DNA of 61,618 bases, filler included, from Fonticula-like sp. SCN 57-25 (Eukaryota): the NCBI GenBank assembly GCA_001724245.1. It is 2 parts of 2 records of this genome, joined end to end, with 100 filler letters (N's around TTAATTAATTAA, not from the genome) between each part and the next. Parts side by side here need not be neighbours in the genome. Positions count along the whole stretch, not along the records: positions 1 to 31,719 come from MEDX01000048.1; 1 more part is not named here. One strand, written 5' to 3'. The position numbers and the translations under genes are program-made. This document shows positions 1 through 12,300 of the stretch, piece by piece; the first letter of the stretch is position 1; each line of letters opens with the position of its first letter. The notes under the pieces were generated by a model, which worked only from the letters and a program-made list of their open reading frames with translations, was not told the origin of the DNA and searched no databases.

Positions 1-538
1 AGCAATTTAAAGTAACTACAGTACAATATGGTTTGTTGCCACGTCTAATTTTTCCTTCTTTTGTTTGCGCAGCACTGCTCCTGCTTCAATAGACGATTCC
101 TTGCATAATATTTTCTTTGACTGTGGAGTTGTGATAAAAGAACATGGGCATTCGGGTGACCTTTTGGACAGCACCGCATTGTCGCACTGCTTTTGCGGCT
201 GAATACACTCTGTCTCTTCAGGGCCGTTCTTTGAGCGCAGCCCTTTAAATGTCCTTTCTAGAATAATTTCACTGTTCGCGTGGGGTATAGCATGGGCTAT
301 ATAGTCTCATGGGCCACCATAAAAGACATGTGGGGTAGCAGCACATTGACACACTCCGTTTTCAATGGCTTGTACACCGCTCCTAGTCTTTGTCCGCCCA
401 GCCGCGCTCAATGCCAGTATGCACGCCGCGGCCGTGTGTCGACGTGTCACCGGCGACGTGTCACGAAATGGCGCGAAATGTGGTCAAATCGCGGACAAAT
501 CACAACCCTCGCACCCGAGGAAAGAAAAGGGATCGCCG

Positions 539-2099
539 ATGGCGCTGTCGTGGGTCTCGAGCGCGGCCGTGCGCCGCACGCTCGTGCGCGACAATGCTCG
601 CTTTTCGGCCGCCGGCATGGCGGAGCTCAAGAAGCACCTGACCGGCCAGCTCGAGGAGATCGAGGCTGCCGGCACCTTTAAGGTATGTTTGCTTTCCCTG
701 TGACTTGGCACCGCCGGGCCGCCCGCTAACGCTGTGCCTTTTTGTAGCGCGAGCGCGTCATCACGACGCCGCAGGCCGCTGTTATCAAGGTGCAGGGCTC
801 GGACAAGCCCGTCATCAACTTTTGCGCAAACAACTATCTCGGTCTTGCTAGCCATCCCGCCGTCGTCGCCGGGGCACGCGACTACCTCGAGCATTTCGGC
901 AATGGCCTCAGCTCGGTGCGCTTTATTTGCGGCACGCAGACGATCCACAAGGATCTCGAGGAGAAGATTGCGCGCTTCCACGGCACTGAGGACACGATCC
1001 TGTACAACTCTTGCTTTGACGCGAATGCCGGCGTTTTTGAGACGCTCCTCACTGACCAGGATGCTGTCATCTCTGACGAGCTGAACCACGCGTCGATCAT
1101 TGACGGCATTCGCCTTTCCAAGGCGAAGCGTTTCCGCTACAAGCACAACGACATGGCTGATCTTGAGCGGTGCCTCAAGGAGGCCGACGCGCAGGGCGCG
1201 CGCATCAAGATGGTCGTCACGGACGGCGTCTTCTCCATGGACGGCGAGGTCGCGCCGCTCCCGCAGATCTGCGACCTTGCCGACAAGTACAAGGCCGTCA
1301 CATTCATGGACGAGTGCCACGCGACGGGCTTTATGGGTACCACTGGCCGGTACGCTATTGTGTTTGACCGCCACGCCGTCAACTAATCCGCTTTCCCCAG
1401 CGGCACGGACGAGTACCACGGCGTACGCGGCCGCATCGACATCATCAACTCGACGCTCGGCAAGGCCCTCGGTGGCGCCGCTGGTGGATACACGACCGGC
1501 AGCGCCGAGGTCGTTGGCCTGCTCCGCCAGCGCTCGCGCCCGTACCTCTTTTCCAACACGCTCCCGCCGGCCGTCGTCGGAGGAGCCGCCGCCTCGTTTG
1601 ACCTCCTCTTCTCTTCCACTTCGCTGCGCGACCAGCTTGTCGTACGTGTTTTTTTTTTACTTCAGCGTGCTTCCGTTCCATTTGTTACCATTTTTTACCA
1701 TTTCTTCCTCTTTCGCTTTTTTTTCCTGTCATGGTCCCCCCCCCCCCCCCCCCGCGCAGGCCAACACCAAGCGCTTCCGCGACCGCATGACGCAGGCGGG
1801 CTTTGTGCTCAAGGGCGTTGACCACCCGATTGCGCCGGTCATGCTCGGCGATGCGCGCCTCGCGGCCCAGATGGCCGACGCGATGCTGCAGCGCGGCATC
1901 TACGTCATCGGCTTCAGCTACCCCGTCGTGCCCAAGGGTACGCTCTAAATGCACCCGCGTGGTCTGACAGCTAACCCCGCTTCTTGCAGGCCAGGCGCGC
2001 ATCCGCGTGCAGCTCTCGGCGGCGCACTCGGCCGAGCAGGTCGACAAGTGCGTCGACGCGTTCATCGAGGTCGGCCGCGAGCTCAAGGTCATTTCGTAA
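539..2099 (+). CDS. GCAT: 2-amino-3-ketobutyrate CoA ligase (glycine C-acetyltransferase), mitochondrial, multi-exon
   Basis: Spliced exons give [46 protein letters not shown] (PLP lysine) and [23 protein letters not shown]. Arg/Ala-rich N-terminus looks like a presequence. Confidence 0.95.
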
Positions 2100-2542
2100 T
2101 CATCGAGGCGGCTGGCGCGTTATTTCTTCCTTTTTTGTTGCGGCTTAATAAAACTGTCTCTGGTGAAAGTGCATTATAATTTCTTTGTTTATGCAGGGCA
2201 GTCCATTTGATGTTCATTCGCGGGGCAGTAAACAGCGTCGGTCGTATCACCCGCAGCCTGTATGCACGATAGCGATGACAGTGCTTGCGTGGAAAGCCGT
2301 AGTTAAACCACTCTATATTGTAGATAACTATGCTATTCGTCATTCGTAGTCGTGCATATATCTTAATATCAAGGCTATGCAAGGCGATATATGACCACTA
2401 TTTCATTGTTGTGGCCATATGGGCATATCCATCATCAAACATCCATCAAAACATCAAAACAGCCCCTGTCATCAAATTGGCATCAAATCAACTCGGAGCG
2501 CGTATAAGTTTGGCATCGCCATGGGGCTGCACCTCTCGCGCC

Positions 2543-3786
2543 ATGCTCGATCAGTACATTCCGCTGCGGCTCATTGGCCAAGGCAGCTACGGCCGTGCGC
2601 TTTTGGTGCGCGACCGGAGTGATGCGTCCTCGCTGTGGGTCATCAAGCAGGTCCCCATACGGCGGATTGGCAATGGGCCCCCGGTCGAACTCGAGAGCCA
2701 GCTCTTGTCGAGCGTGCATCACCCTCACATCATCCAAATGCGCGAGTCCTTTATTGACCACGGCCTGTTCAACATTGTCACCGAGTTTGCCGAAGGCGGC
2801 GATCTGGAGACGCTTGTTCGTGCACGCCGTCTTTTGCGTCAAGAGCGCTGGAGCGAGTCGCAGATCTGGCGGTGGCTGCAGCAGCTTTCCTCGGCGCTCG
2901 CGCTTCTTCACCTGCGCGGCATAGTGCACCGGGACATCAAACCTAGCAACGTGTTTACGACGGCCGACGGTAGCGTCAAGTTAGGCGACTTTGGGATCGC
3001 GCGAGTTCTCTGCCGCGGTGCCAAGGCGCATACAGTGGCTGGCACGCCGCTATACACGTCGCCCGAGATCTGTGCGGGTACGCCGTACGACGAGCGCACG
3101 GACCTCTGGTCCATTGGCTGCCTCCTCTACGAAGTCATGACGCTAGCGCCGCCGTTCGTCGCCGATCGACCGTCAGATCTTATGCGCCGCATCGCGCGTG
3201 CAGACTACGCGCCCATCGACCCAGCCAATTACAGCATCAAGCTCATTGCGCTCGTGGCGCGGCTGCTCTCGGTGCGCCCCGAGTCGCGCCCGTCCGCCGC
3301 GGATCTGTTGCGAGAGTGTGCACAAAGCACTGCTGGGCTACACGCGGCCATGCTGCGGCCAGGCGCGCGACGTGCCCCCGACAGACCTGTCCTAGGAGCG
3401 GCGGTCGCGGTGCAAGACAAGCCGACGTCCGACATTGCAGCGAGGTGGGCGCGCCATTTGCTCTATGTATTGTCTAACATTTACGTTTCAGGCGAGAGCG
3501 TGAACTTGCAGATATGCGCCGTATTGTCGCCGCGCTCAAGGCGCGCTCGAGCGACACGTTGACTGTGAGCACTGCGGGCGGCGGCGAGCGCAGCATTGCG
3601 GCGATACCTTACCTCGTGTCGCACCTGGAGCGGCATCTAAGCATGCAGGGGCTCTACGACCTGCGGCAGCGCGTGACGGCCGCGGGCGCCGCTGCGACCG
3701 TACGCCGCCAGTCGCCGTACGCCGAGATTGTTTGGGATATTGTACAGATTGAGACGCGAATGCGCGCGGCAGCGGCAGCAATGTGA
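2543..3786 (+). CDS. NIMA-related (NEK family) Ser/Thr kinase
   Basis: GQGSYG, VIK, IVHRDIKPSN, KLGDFGIARVL, GTPLYTSPE and DLWSIGC motifs. One intron (~3444-3491) leads to a helical C-terminal exon. Confidence 0.9.
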
Positions 3787-3843
3787 GAATAGTACATTTG
3801 TTTAATATGAATGATACATGTGATCCCCATAAAGTGCCCCGCC

Positions 3844-5695
3844 TCACCGCAGCTGCACGAAAATCGCCTCCTGCGAGGAGAGGCCCGCCTCCTGCAGCGA
3901 TAGCGACAGGTCCATCGAGTTTAGCAGGCGCTTGGGAAAGTTGGTCTGCAAGTGGTACTCGGACGGCGGGAAGCGGTGCATCGTCATAAAGTCAACAAGC
4001 GACTGCAGGCGGTCCGTCTGAAGGAATCGGCGCTGGATCTTTGACCCATCGGGCACGCGAAACTGGACGGTAACGACCTAAAAGCGGAAATCATTAGCAA
4101 ATCAGAGGAACGCGGCCGGTCAATTCGGCGGCGCACGTTGGGCGACCCAGCGGGCGCCTCTTCAGGAAGCGAGGCGCGCAGCCGCTCAATCTCCTCCTCC
4201 AGCATCTGCTGCTTGGCGTCCTCTTCACGCTGCTTCTCCTCCTTTAACCGCTCCTCCTCCTGCTCGCGCATCAGGCGCTCCTCCTCCTCCTGCCGCTCGC
4301 GCTCCTCCTACACCACGATTAGCGCAACGCGGGCATGCCAGCCGCATCCACGCACCCTCAAACGGTTCTCCTCGACGGCCTCCATGAACGCCTCGTCCTG
4401 CTGCTTGACAAGCTCCTCTCTGCACGCGCGCACGGCGTGAGACAAGCACGCAATACTTCATTTTCGCACCTTTGCCGCCGCTCCTCCTGCAGCGCCGCAG
4501 CCTGCGCGCGCTCCTTGTCGTGCGAGTCGATGGCCCCCAGCAGGCGCATCACAAAATCGTCCAGCCCAACCACGCCTACAAAGCCAACAGTGAGCAACGA
4601 GACGGTGCAACAACATGCATCGCACCGCTAATCATTTCGACGGGGTGGAGGCGGCCGCTCGTGGACAGGATGGCGACGAACGGGTACTCGTCGGGCATGC
4701 CAAACGGCATCCCCATGTCGCTAAAGTACCGCGAAAAGACGCGCTGCAGCTCGCGCGCGTGCCCGGGCTTGGTGACGTCCCAGCCCCACACGATCATGTT
4801 CATGTTCATCAGGGTCAGCGCGTGTTCGTTCGTGAGGACGCTCCTGGTCAGTGTTAGCAAGCGAGGCGGCGCGCAAGGCAAGGCGGCGCACATGCAAAAG
4901 TCGTCGACGCCATCCACACTGCCGTTGTGAAGGTACACCATCAGCAGCTTGTTTGTCGTGCGCGCCGTTTCGAGCGCCTCTGTGAAGCTGCCGGGGTAGA
5001 AGCTGGGCATCTCCTGGCCATACTTTGTGGTGAACTCGTCCAGCAGGTCGCTGAACGCCTCGAGGTACGCCTCCGGGCGCTCTGTGCAAAAAAAAATGCA
5101 TTAGAGTATGTTCATTATATGGTTAACAGGCGGCGCGCACCAAACCGGTTGGGCGACTCGGGCTGGATCGCGTGGTGAACAGCCGTCAGCCACTCGTCTT
5201 CGGGGAAGGGGCTCACCACGGGCGACGAATCAACCGACATGTCCGAGTCGCTCTGCCCGCCGCTTCGGCGCGTGCGCACGCGACGGCGCGCGGGGGCGAT
5301 CTCTGGCTGCATACTGCATGCCGGAATGTCAGCGAAACACGACAAGCCCAGGGCAAGGTGCCATACCCTAGTAACGCGTGAAGCTGCTCGAGGGCATGCG
5401 CCTGTGGCATGCCGTGCGAAAAGACGCGCTCGGCGGGAGACCCAAACATAAACATATTAGGGGGCATCTGCGGCTGCCGCCTCGAGCCTCTCGCTACCAT
5501 ACAGAGCGCACGTTGTTAAGCTCGGCATATGCCGTCAGTGCGAAACGTACCCCGCTGCGGCCGAGTAGGCATCTCCGCCGCATCGTCGTCACTCTCCGAC
5601 AGGACAATAGGGCTTTCCCGCGGTGTCCCTGCCGGGCTAGAAGAGCTTGAATTTCCCGCCGTGCTGCCGTTGTTTTCGCTTTGACGCCGCTCCAT
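3844..5695 (-). CDS. UAS + coiled-coil + UBX domain protein (FAF1/FAF2-like p97 adaptor)
   Basis: MPSFYPGSFTEAL..KLLMVYLH (UAS), an E/R-rich coil, then GSKIQRRF..LQTNFPKR..LSLQEAGL (UBX). Multiple short introns; start codon approximate. Confidence 0.85.
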
Positions 5696-5914
5696 GACGG
5701 CAGCAACGATTCGCACGCTCGCGTTTGAACCCTTTTTGGTTGGGTGACTTTGATGATGACGCACGATGCTGAGCGCCCAATCACAATACGCGATCTACTC
5801 TGAAAGATACAACAGGGAATCATTCACGATGCGCAGAGAATTCATCAAGTGAAGCGGATTGTCTGATTGTCAGATTGTGTCATCCATTCTTTCGCGCGCA
5901 AACTTGCGGAGGCA

Positions 5915-7052
5915 ATGTCGGGCAGGCGAGCGTCCTCGATACCGGTATCGCTCGGTGAATTTCCGCTCTTTGCTTTGGCTAATGCATCGATTGGTAGGCC
6001 GGGCGCGTGACGAAGCTGCAGTCGACGCTTCCGCGCTTAAGTGGGTTTGAAGGAGACATCAACCGTCTGCTTCAGGCGATCAATGACGCCAATGTACAAA
6101 TGCTGCAGGCGCAGCAGGAGCCCCTGGCGGCGTACGTCGCGCGAATGAAAAAGACGTTTGCGGCCGCAATAGAAAATTCGAAAAATGAACGGGATCTAAT
6201 TCAGAGTGCCATGTCGGATCTAGCTTTCGTCGTCTCGGCAAAGGATGCGCCGCCTGGTTCGCCATTGCCTGCATCCTTTCGCATTCTAACATTTCTTGCG
6301 CCAACAGAGCCCGCCGTCGCCACGCCAACAACAAATTCTGTAGCGGCGGAAAGCAGTCAAGACGACGACTGGACAAAGCCGCTGCCCGTTTACCGCGAGA
6401 GGTGCGTGCTTTAACCAGACCAATTCCCTTCTCTAAACCCGATGTCTTGCAGCGGTGCGCCACCAGCTCTATGCGGGCCCGTCCCTGCACCCGACGACTA
6501 CGTTGTACCAGCGGACGCGCTTGTTGCGGCCAAAGTTGGCACGGAGGAAGACGAGTCAAAGGCCATGTACATTATGGCGCGCGTCCTTGAATTTTCAAAG
6601 CGCAAGGGCCGCTACGAGGTGGTCGATGTGGACGCCAGCGACAAGTGCGCCCTTTGCCACTATCATATTTATGTGTCTTTGTTTGCTAATCACTTTCGTT
6701 CCTTTTCCAAAGATATTCTCTGCCTCCAAAGTCTGTCATCCCGCTGCCGACGATGATGCCCGACTATTCCAAGGCGTCCAACCGGCAGCACGAATTCGAA
6801 AAGGGGACGCGTGTGCTCGGCATGTATCCCGACACGACATGTTTCTACGAAGGCACTGTACATGCGCCCCCGAGCAAGGTGCGCTTTTTTTTTTAGTTTG
6901 TTTCGTGCCCTGACATGGCGGTGCAACAGCGAAAGGGAGCGTTCGATTACCTCATCGAGTTTGACAACGACGACACGCCCACAAAGGCCTGCCCTGCTCG
7001 CTTTGTCATCGCAACACCTTCAAAGGGGAGGAAAGTAAAAGGAGGAAAGTAG
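5915..7052 (+). CDS. SGF29: SAGA subunit SGF29 (double Tudor)
   Basis: N-terminal coil, then VAAKV..YIMARV..RYEVVDVD and FEKGTRVLGMYPDTTCFYEGTV..YLIEFDND, matching the two SGF29 Tudor domains. Confidence 0.88.
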
Positions 7053-7216
7053 AGGCTACGAAAGGAGCCCTTGGGCTCCTCCCTTCGTTGTATTTCTTTA
7101 TAATATACCGTAACTTATGTTCATCCACTTGAGCGTTTGGAATGACAGACCAAAGTGATCGATCGAGTTTGGATCACTTGGCATCTGCCACTGAACTGGT
7201 GTTTGCGTCAGCAGCA

Positions 7217-7933
7217 ATGGAGGCCAAGGATGCGGCCATTGTAGAGCGCATGGCGGCCGTAGACGAATATTTGGCTGTCCACAAGCGGATAGCCGCGCTG
7301 CTAAAGGATGTATGACACGGTTGTGTACGTTTTTGCCTGACGATCTGACGATTTGCGTGCAGGCGTACTTTGACCTGGCGCAGGCCAAGCACGCCATGGG
7401 CCCTCACGCCATCACCTCGACGCAGTACGACAACCGGATGCGCCCGCTTGTTGCTGTACATCTGTGCGTAGCGACCGTAGTGTAAAGCATGTTTCTCATA
7501 TTTCCCGGATGCTTCGCAGAGAGGACGGCCAGTTTTACTTGCGCCAGGTATCATCGCAGGAGACGGCCGACACGCCGACTGTTGCCGCCGAGCCCGAGAG
7601 CGGAGAGCTGCGCAAGCGCGGTAAAGGAGGCAAGACGGCGACTAGCACCGACGAGAGTGCGAATAATGATAGTACTTTGAAGAAGCCAAAGTCGCGGGAT
7701 CCGCTGCAGTGGTTCGGGTTCATGCCTTCGCCACATCTGCGGAAGAGCCAGGCGCTGTTCAAGCAAGGTACGTACTTGTAGTGTTTGTCATATACACGTA
7801 CGTTTAACTAACCGCATGTAAAGTTTTGCCTTTGTATATTCAATTGGCGTCAATCGCTGCGCGACTCGGGCTTTCCGAGGAGGCGCCCGAGGAGGACGAC
7901 GGCCACGAGTCATCGTCATCCCTGTCATCGTAG
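7217..7933 (+). CDS. CCDC115: V-ATPase assembly factor CCDC115/Vma22
   Basis: AYFDLAQAKHAMG..YDNRM and DPLQWFGFMPSPHLRKSQALFKQ, the family signature. About three introns. Confidence 0.85.
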
Positions 7934-8004
7934 AAAGTCTGTGTTTATAATCTTTAATATACAAAAAGCGTCATGCAGTGTCAAAAATGAATGGCATAAT
8001 CATT

Positions 8005-9279
8005 CTATTTCTCTTGCGCCTCCTCTTGCTCCATTTTCTCAACGAGCCTCTGCCTCTCCTGCTGCTGCATCATGCGCATGAGCGTCAGGCTCTCGTAGTC
8101 CTTATTCCTGACGCCCCCGACTGCGGCAGCCGCGGCATTCCCCGCCGACGCAAATGAGGAGAACACGGGCGACGAGCCCCCTGCCGCTGACATCCCCGAC
8201 GCAAACAGCGGCTTGCCCGCGCCAAAGAGAGGCGACGCCGGTGACCCGCTCGGGCTGCTGGCAAAGAGCGGCCGGCCCATCGGCGCCGGCGACGATGGGC
8301 GGCTGTTCTGCAGCGTGGCCGCCTTGATGCGCTCGGTCACAATCTCCTGTGCCTTTCCCAGGGCAGCGGGAGGGCTGCCGGACGCCCACGACACCTTGAT
8401 GTCATGGAAATCAGCGAGCGTGGGCGCTTTGAGCACGAGGGCATGCTAAGGACAGCAGGTGTCAGAGCACAAACAGTAAAAATAGTTATGAATACGTACC
8501 GCATCGATTACAGAGGAGAACGCAACGAGCGCCGTCGTGCCCTTCTTGCCCATCACCACCGTATCGATCTTGCCAAACGGACGAAGGAGCTTGGTCAGCG
8601 CCTCGCGATCATATGCCGCGCCCGCGCTCCACTTTAGCTGGACCGTATTGTCAAAGTCGGAGAATGTGGAGGCAGCCTCGGGTGCCTGGGACGGGGCCGC
8701 GTCGCGCTTCTTGGTGGCGCCGCCATCCTCATCGTCGCTCTCGTTCAGATCAAAGTCGAATACCGGGTTTTTCTTGTCCTTGGCCTCGGCGCGCATGCGC
8801 GCAAGCTGCTCGGCAAACTGCCGCTGTGCGTCGTCTTCTGACATTTTCTTGTCGCGCGCCTTGCGCTCACGCTCAAACAGCTCTGCACAGCGGGTGTGAG
8901 AACATTGCGGCTCGTGTCAGCATGCAATGGCGTACCGTCCCGGAGCCGCTTGCGATTGGCATCAAGCTGCTCGTCGCGCTGCTTCCGTTTCAAACGCGCG
9001 CGAATAAGGTTGTCATACGCGGCTCTCGCCTTTTCGTCCAGCAGGACACTTGTCGCCTGCTTGAGCTTGTGGAACAGCACCGCTGCGCACGACCGTCAGC
9101 AGACATACCAACCGAGGGAAACACGTACCCGCTGCAGGATCGGGGTTCTTGTCTGGATGCACATCACGAGCTTTCTTGCGGTATGCGCTGGAGATCTCCT
9201 TGTCTGTGCTGTCAATGCCCACGCCCAGCAGCGCGTAAAGATCCTCATTGGGATCAAACGTCGGCGTTGGCGTCGCCAT
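8005..9279 (-). CDS. DNAJC17: J-domain + RRM spliceosomal co-chaperone (Cwc23-like)
   Basis: DLYALLGV..AYRKKARDVHPDKNPD J-domain, RRM-like VQLKW..LRPFGKID segment, C-terminal KDYESLTLMRM..ERQRL. Confidence 0.88.
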
Positions 9280-9395
9280 CTCAACTGCAACGCAGCTGCA
9301 ACGTCGATCACTGATGCAAACTGCAAACTGACGTGCTGTCATAACAAACAAAGCAGAGGCGCGGGAACGCTTTTACCACCAGACCACCCAGCACC

Positions 9396-12300
9396 ATGGC
9401 TGACGCGGGGTCCTCCCGTGGGCCGGTCTCGGGTGCTGCCGCGCGGCTCAGGAATGTGTTTGCCGCCGTTCATGCCGGCCACCACTACGAGGGCCTGAAG
9501 GCATCGCTGTCTTCGCCCAACGTCATCAGGGTACGGATATTATACGGTGCCCAGCTCGCATACCTCACCATGGTGCTTGACAGTGCAACGAAAAGTACTT
9601 TGGTGTCCCATGGACGACAGGCGGCGCCGCGGGTGGAGGCGGAGTAAGTGGCTCCCTAGCCGTCTTTCCGATGAGCACGTACGGCAAGGTGAACGGAAGC
9701 CCCTACGTCATCATCGGTATGGCCATCCCTCTGATGCTTGGCATTCAGTGTTTCTGATCGTCTTTCGGCAGGATCCAAGCAACAGCTTCTTGACTTTGAG
9801 TTTTACCCCTTTGAGCGCAACATTGTTGTGACTGCCTCGCGCGATCCCATTGTCAAGGTACGCTGCGCCACCCTTAACCGGCCCCCTCCTCTGACATTTC
9901 TGGGATCCAGGTTTTCAAGTTCCCTCGAGACGGCGTCCTTATCGAGGACGTTGTGGCCGCAGAGTACTACTTGGCCGGCCATGAGAAAAAGGTTGATATT
10001 GTAAAGTTCCACCCTTTTGTCAGTGACCTGCTGCTGACGGGGTCGAGGTACGCCGCTGCGACGCACCTGCCTCCTGTCGCTAACCACGTTCGCGCCAGCG
10101 ATCAAACCCTGCGATTGTGGGACTTTAGGGAAATGCGCGAAATCCAAGTACTAGAGGGCTTTGAAGAGGCGCCGCAGTCGGTCAGCTGGTCGTTCCGCGG
10201 CACGATGATTGCCAACGCCGCACGGGACGGCACTGTCACACTGTTTGACCCACGCGCCAAGGCGTTCCCCGTGCAGACAACCAAGACCGCCTATGCGGGT
10301 AACAAGAGCATCACGGTCAACTTTACCAATGATGCTTCCGACCTGCTCGTCACCGGGTTCACAAAATCGGGCGACCGCGAGCTGTCGCTGTGGGACAGCC
10401 GCAACATGTCGGCCCCTCTGTCGTCGCTGTCTGCGGGCGACGCGCCCGGCGCGCTGCAGCCGTTTGTCGACCCGACCATTGGCGCCGTGTATGTTGCGAG
10501 CAGGGGAGAGGGCATGAAAGTGTACGAAGTGGGCGCCGACAGGAAGCTCGTCCACGTCGGCGACGCCAAGACCGAGAAGACGCAGACTGCCGTCGCGATG
10601 CTGCCAAAGAAGATGTGTGACGTGAACCGCGTCGAGATTGGCGTCTTCCTCAAGCTCTGGTGCGCAATTTATTTGATGAAATGTAGATGGTACTAAGCGG
10701 CGCAGCAATGAAAACTACGTGCAGACATTCTCTCTGCGCGTCCCGCGGAAATCCGCCCCAAAGTACTTTCAGGAGGACCTTTACCCGCCCACCCCAGACC
10801 CGATCAAGCCGACGCTCAGCGCGGCCGACTGGGATGCAGGGAAGAACGCGGCGCCGGCACTCATTGACCTTCGTCCGGAGGACGGTATGCTGCTCCTGGC
10901 ACCACCCCACGTCTCTAACGCGGCGACTTTATTGCAGCGCCGTCCGTCTACGACGCGCCCAAGGCGGAAGGCGGGATTGCGCGCGGAAATGCTGGAGCGG
11001 GAACGCAGGCATCAAGCGCCGCCAAGGGCCACCGGCGCGGCGCCTCTGTGTCGTCGCCCGCGGGCGAGGGCAGCAGCAGCGGAATGCGTATGGGCGACCT
11101 CGGCTACTGCAAGGTCAAGGGGTCGCCCCGCCACGTGTCGTACGAGCCGCGGCACGTGTCGCTGATCGGCGCGCGCATTCACATTGCAGCGGATCGCAAC
11201 GCAGTCACGTCGCTAAATATCATCGCCGTCGCCGACCTCGAAAGGTACTGATCGCTTTGCACTGGTTGTTTTTACACATGATTGACGCGTTTGTGTAGCA
11301 TTCTTGTGCTGCCGGTAGCCGACGACGCGTCGCAGACAGCCTTTGGCCTTTCTAACAAGCACGGCAAGCACTACCAGTTCAAGGCAGAGTCGATTGACGA
11401 CCGCGACGCGTGGGTGCGCGCCATCTCGATCGCGTCGGGCATCCGCCCCACAGCCGCCTCGAGCGCCGCCGACGCCTTTGCGGACCTACAGCTGAAGGCA
11501 AAGGCCGAGGACCTGCCGTCTATCATGGAGGGCGCGGTCGAGGTGCTCGGCGAGGAAAGTTGGTGGAAGGCGCCAAAGTGGAGCCCGCGCTATCTCGTGC
11601 TTCAGGACGGGCTCCTGCTTACCTTCCTGAACGAGAAGCATGCGGCAGACCTCACCGCGCCGCCTCTCGAAAGGTGCGGCGCACTCACTAATACTGGGTG
11701 CCGCTTGCTCACCGCCGGTCGATGCTAGCATGCGGTTCATCACGGTCACGTCCGTGCGCATGACCAACCTGGAGGCGTCCTACGAGGAAAAGGCCCCGGC
11801 AAAGTCGACCGAAGGATTATTTGCGTTCCAGATCAATACGCCGACGCAGGTGTACTTTTACCGCGTCAAGACAGAGGATGAAGGCACGAAATATGCGCCC
11901 GATGCATATACTGCCGTACTTACACGCTGCGGTAGCCCTGTTCTGGGTACTGGCCATTCAAAAGGTGGCGTTGTACGCGCTACTGGAGCACCTCGGGAGG
12001 CTCGACGACGACCCGGCGGCCGAGGATCACGTGTTGGAGACGTTCAGCATGCCTGTCGAAGGTGCGGAGGCGCCCCTTTTTACGGCGTTTCTGATTTTAA
12101 TATCTCGTAGGCTACCTGCTGCGGGACGGCGCGCAGGCGTACCTGTCGGTCGTCGGCGGTAGCTACTACTTTTTCAAGACGCACCTGAGTAGCAGCCCCT
12201 TTAGCGTCATGCCGGGCCACAAGGTCGACGCGGTCCGCCAGGTGGAAAAGCCCGCCAACTCGTTTGAGGTCGTGTTTGCGACCGAGTCGGTCACGCTGAC

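Noticed and set aside
17-290. Stop-free minus-strand frame of ~90 codons at the window start
   Set aside because: No start codon, atypical AT-rich composition and no recognisable homology. It could be an exon but I cannot support it.
1643-1759. T-rich and poly-C tracts
   Set aside because: Low-complexity sequence within a GCAT intron.
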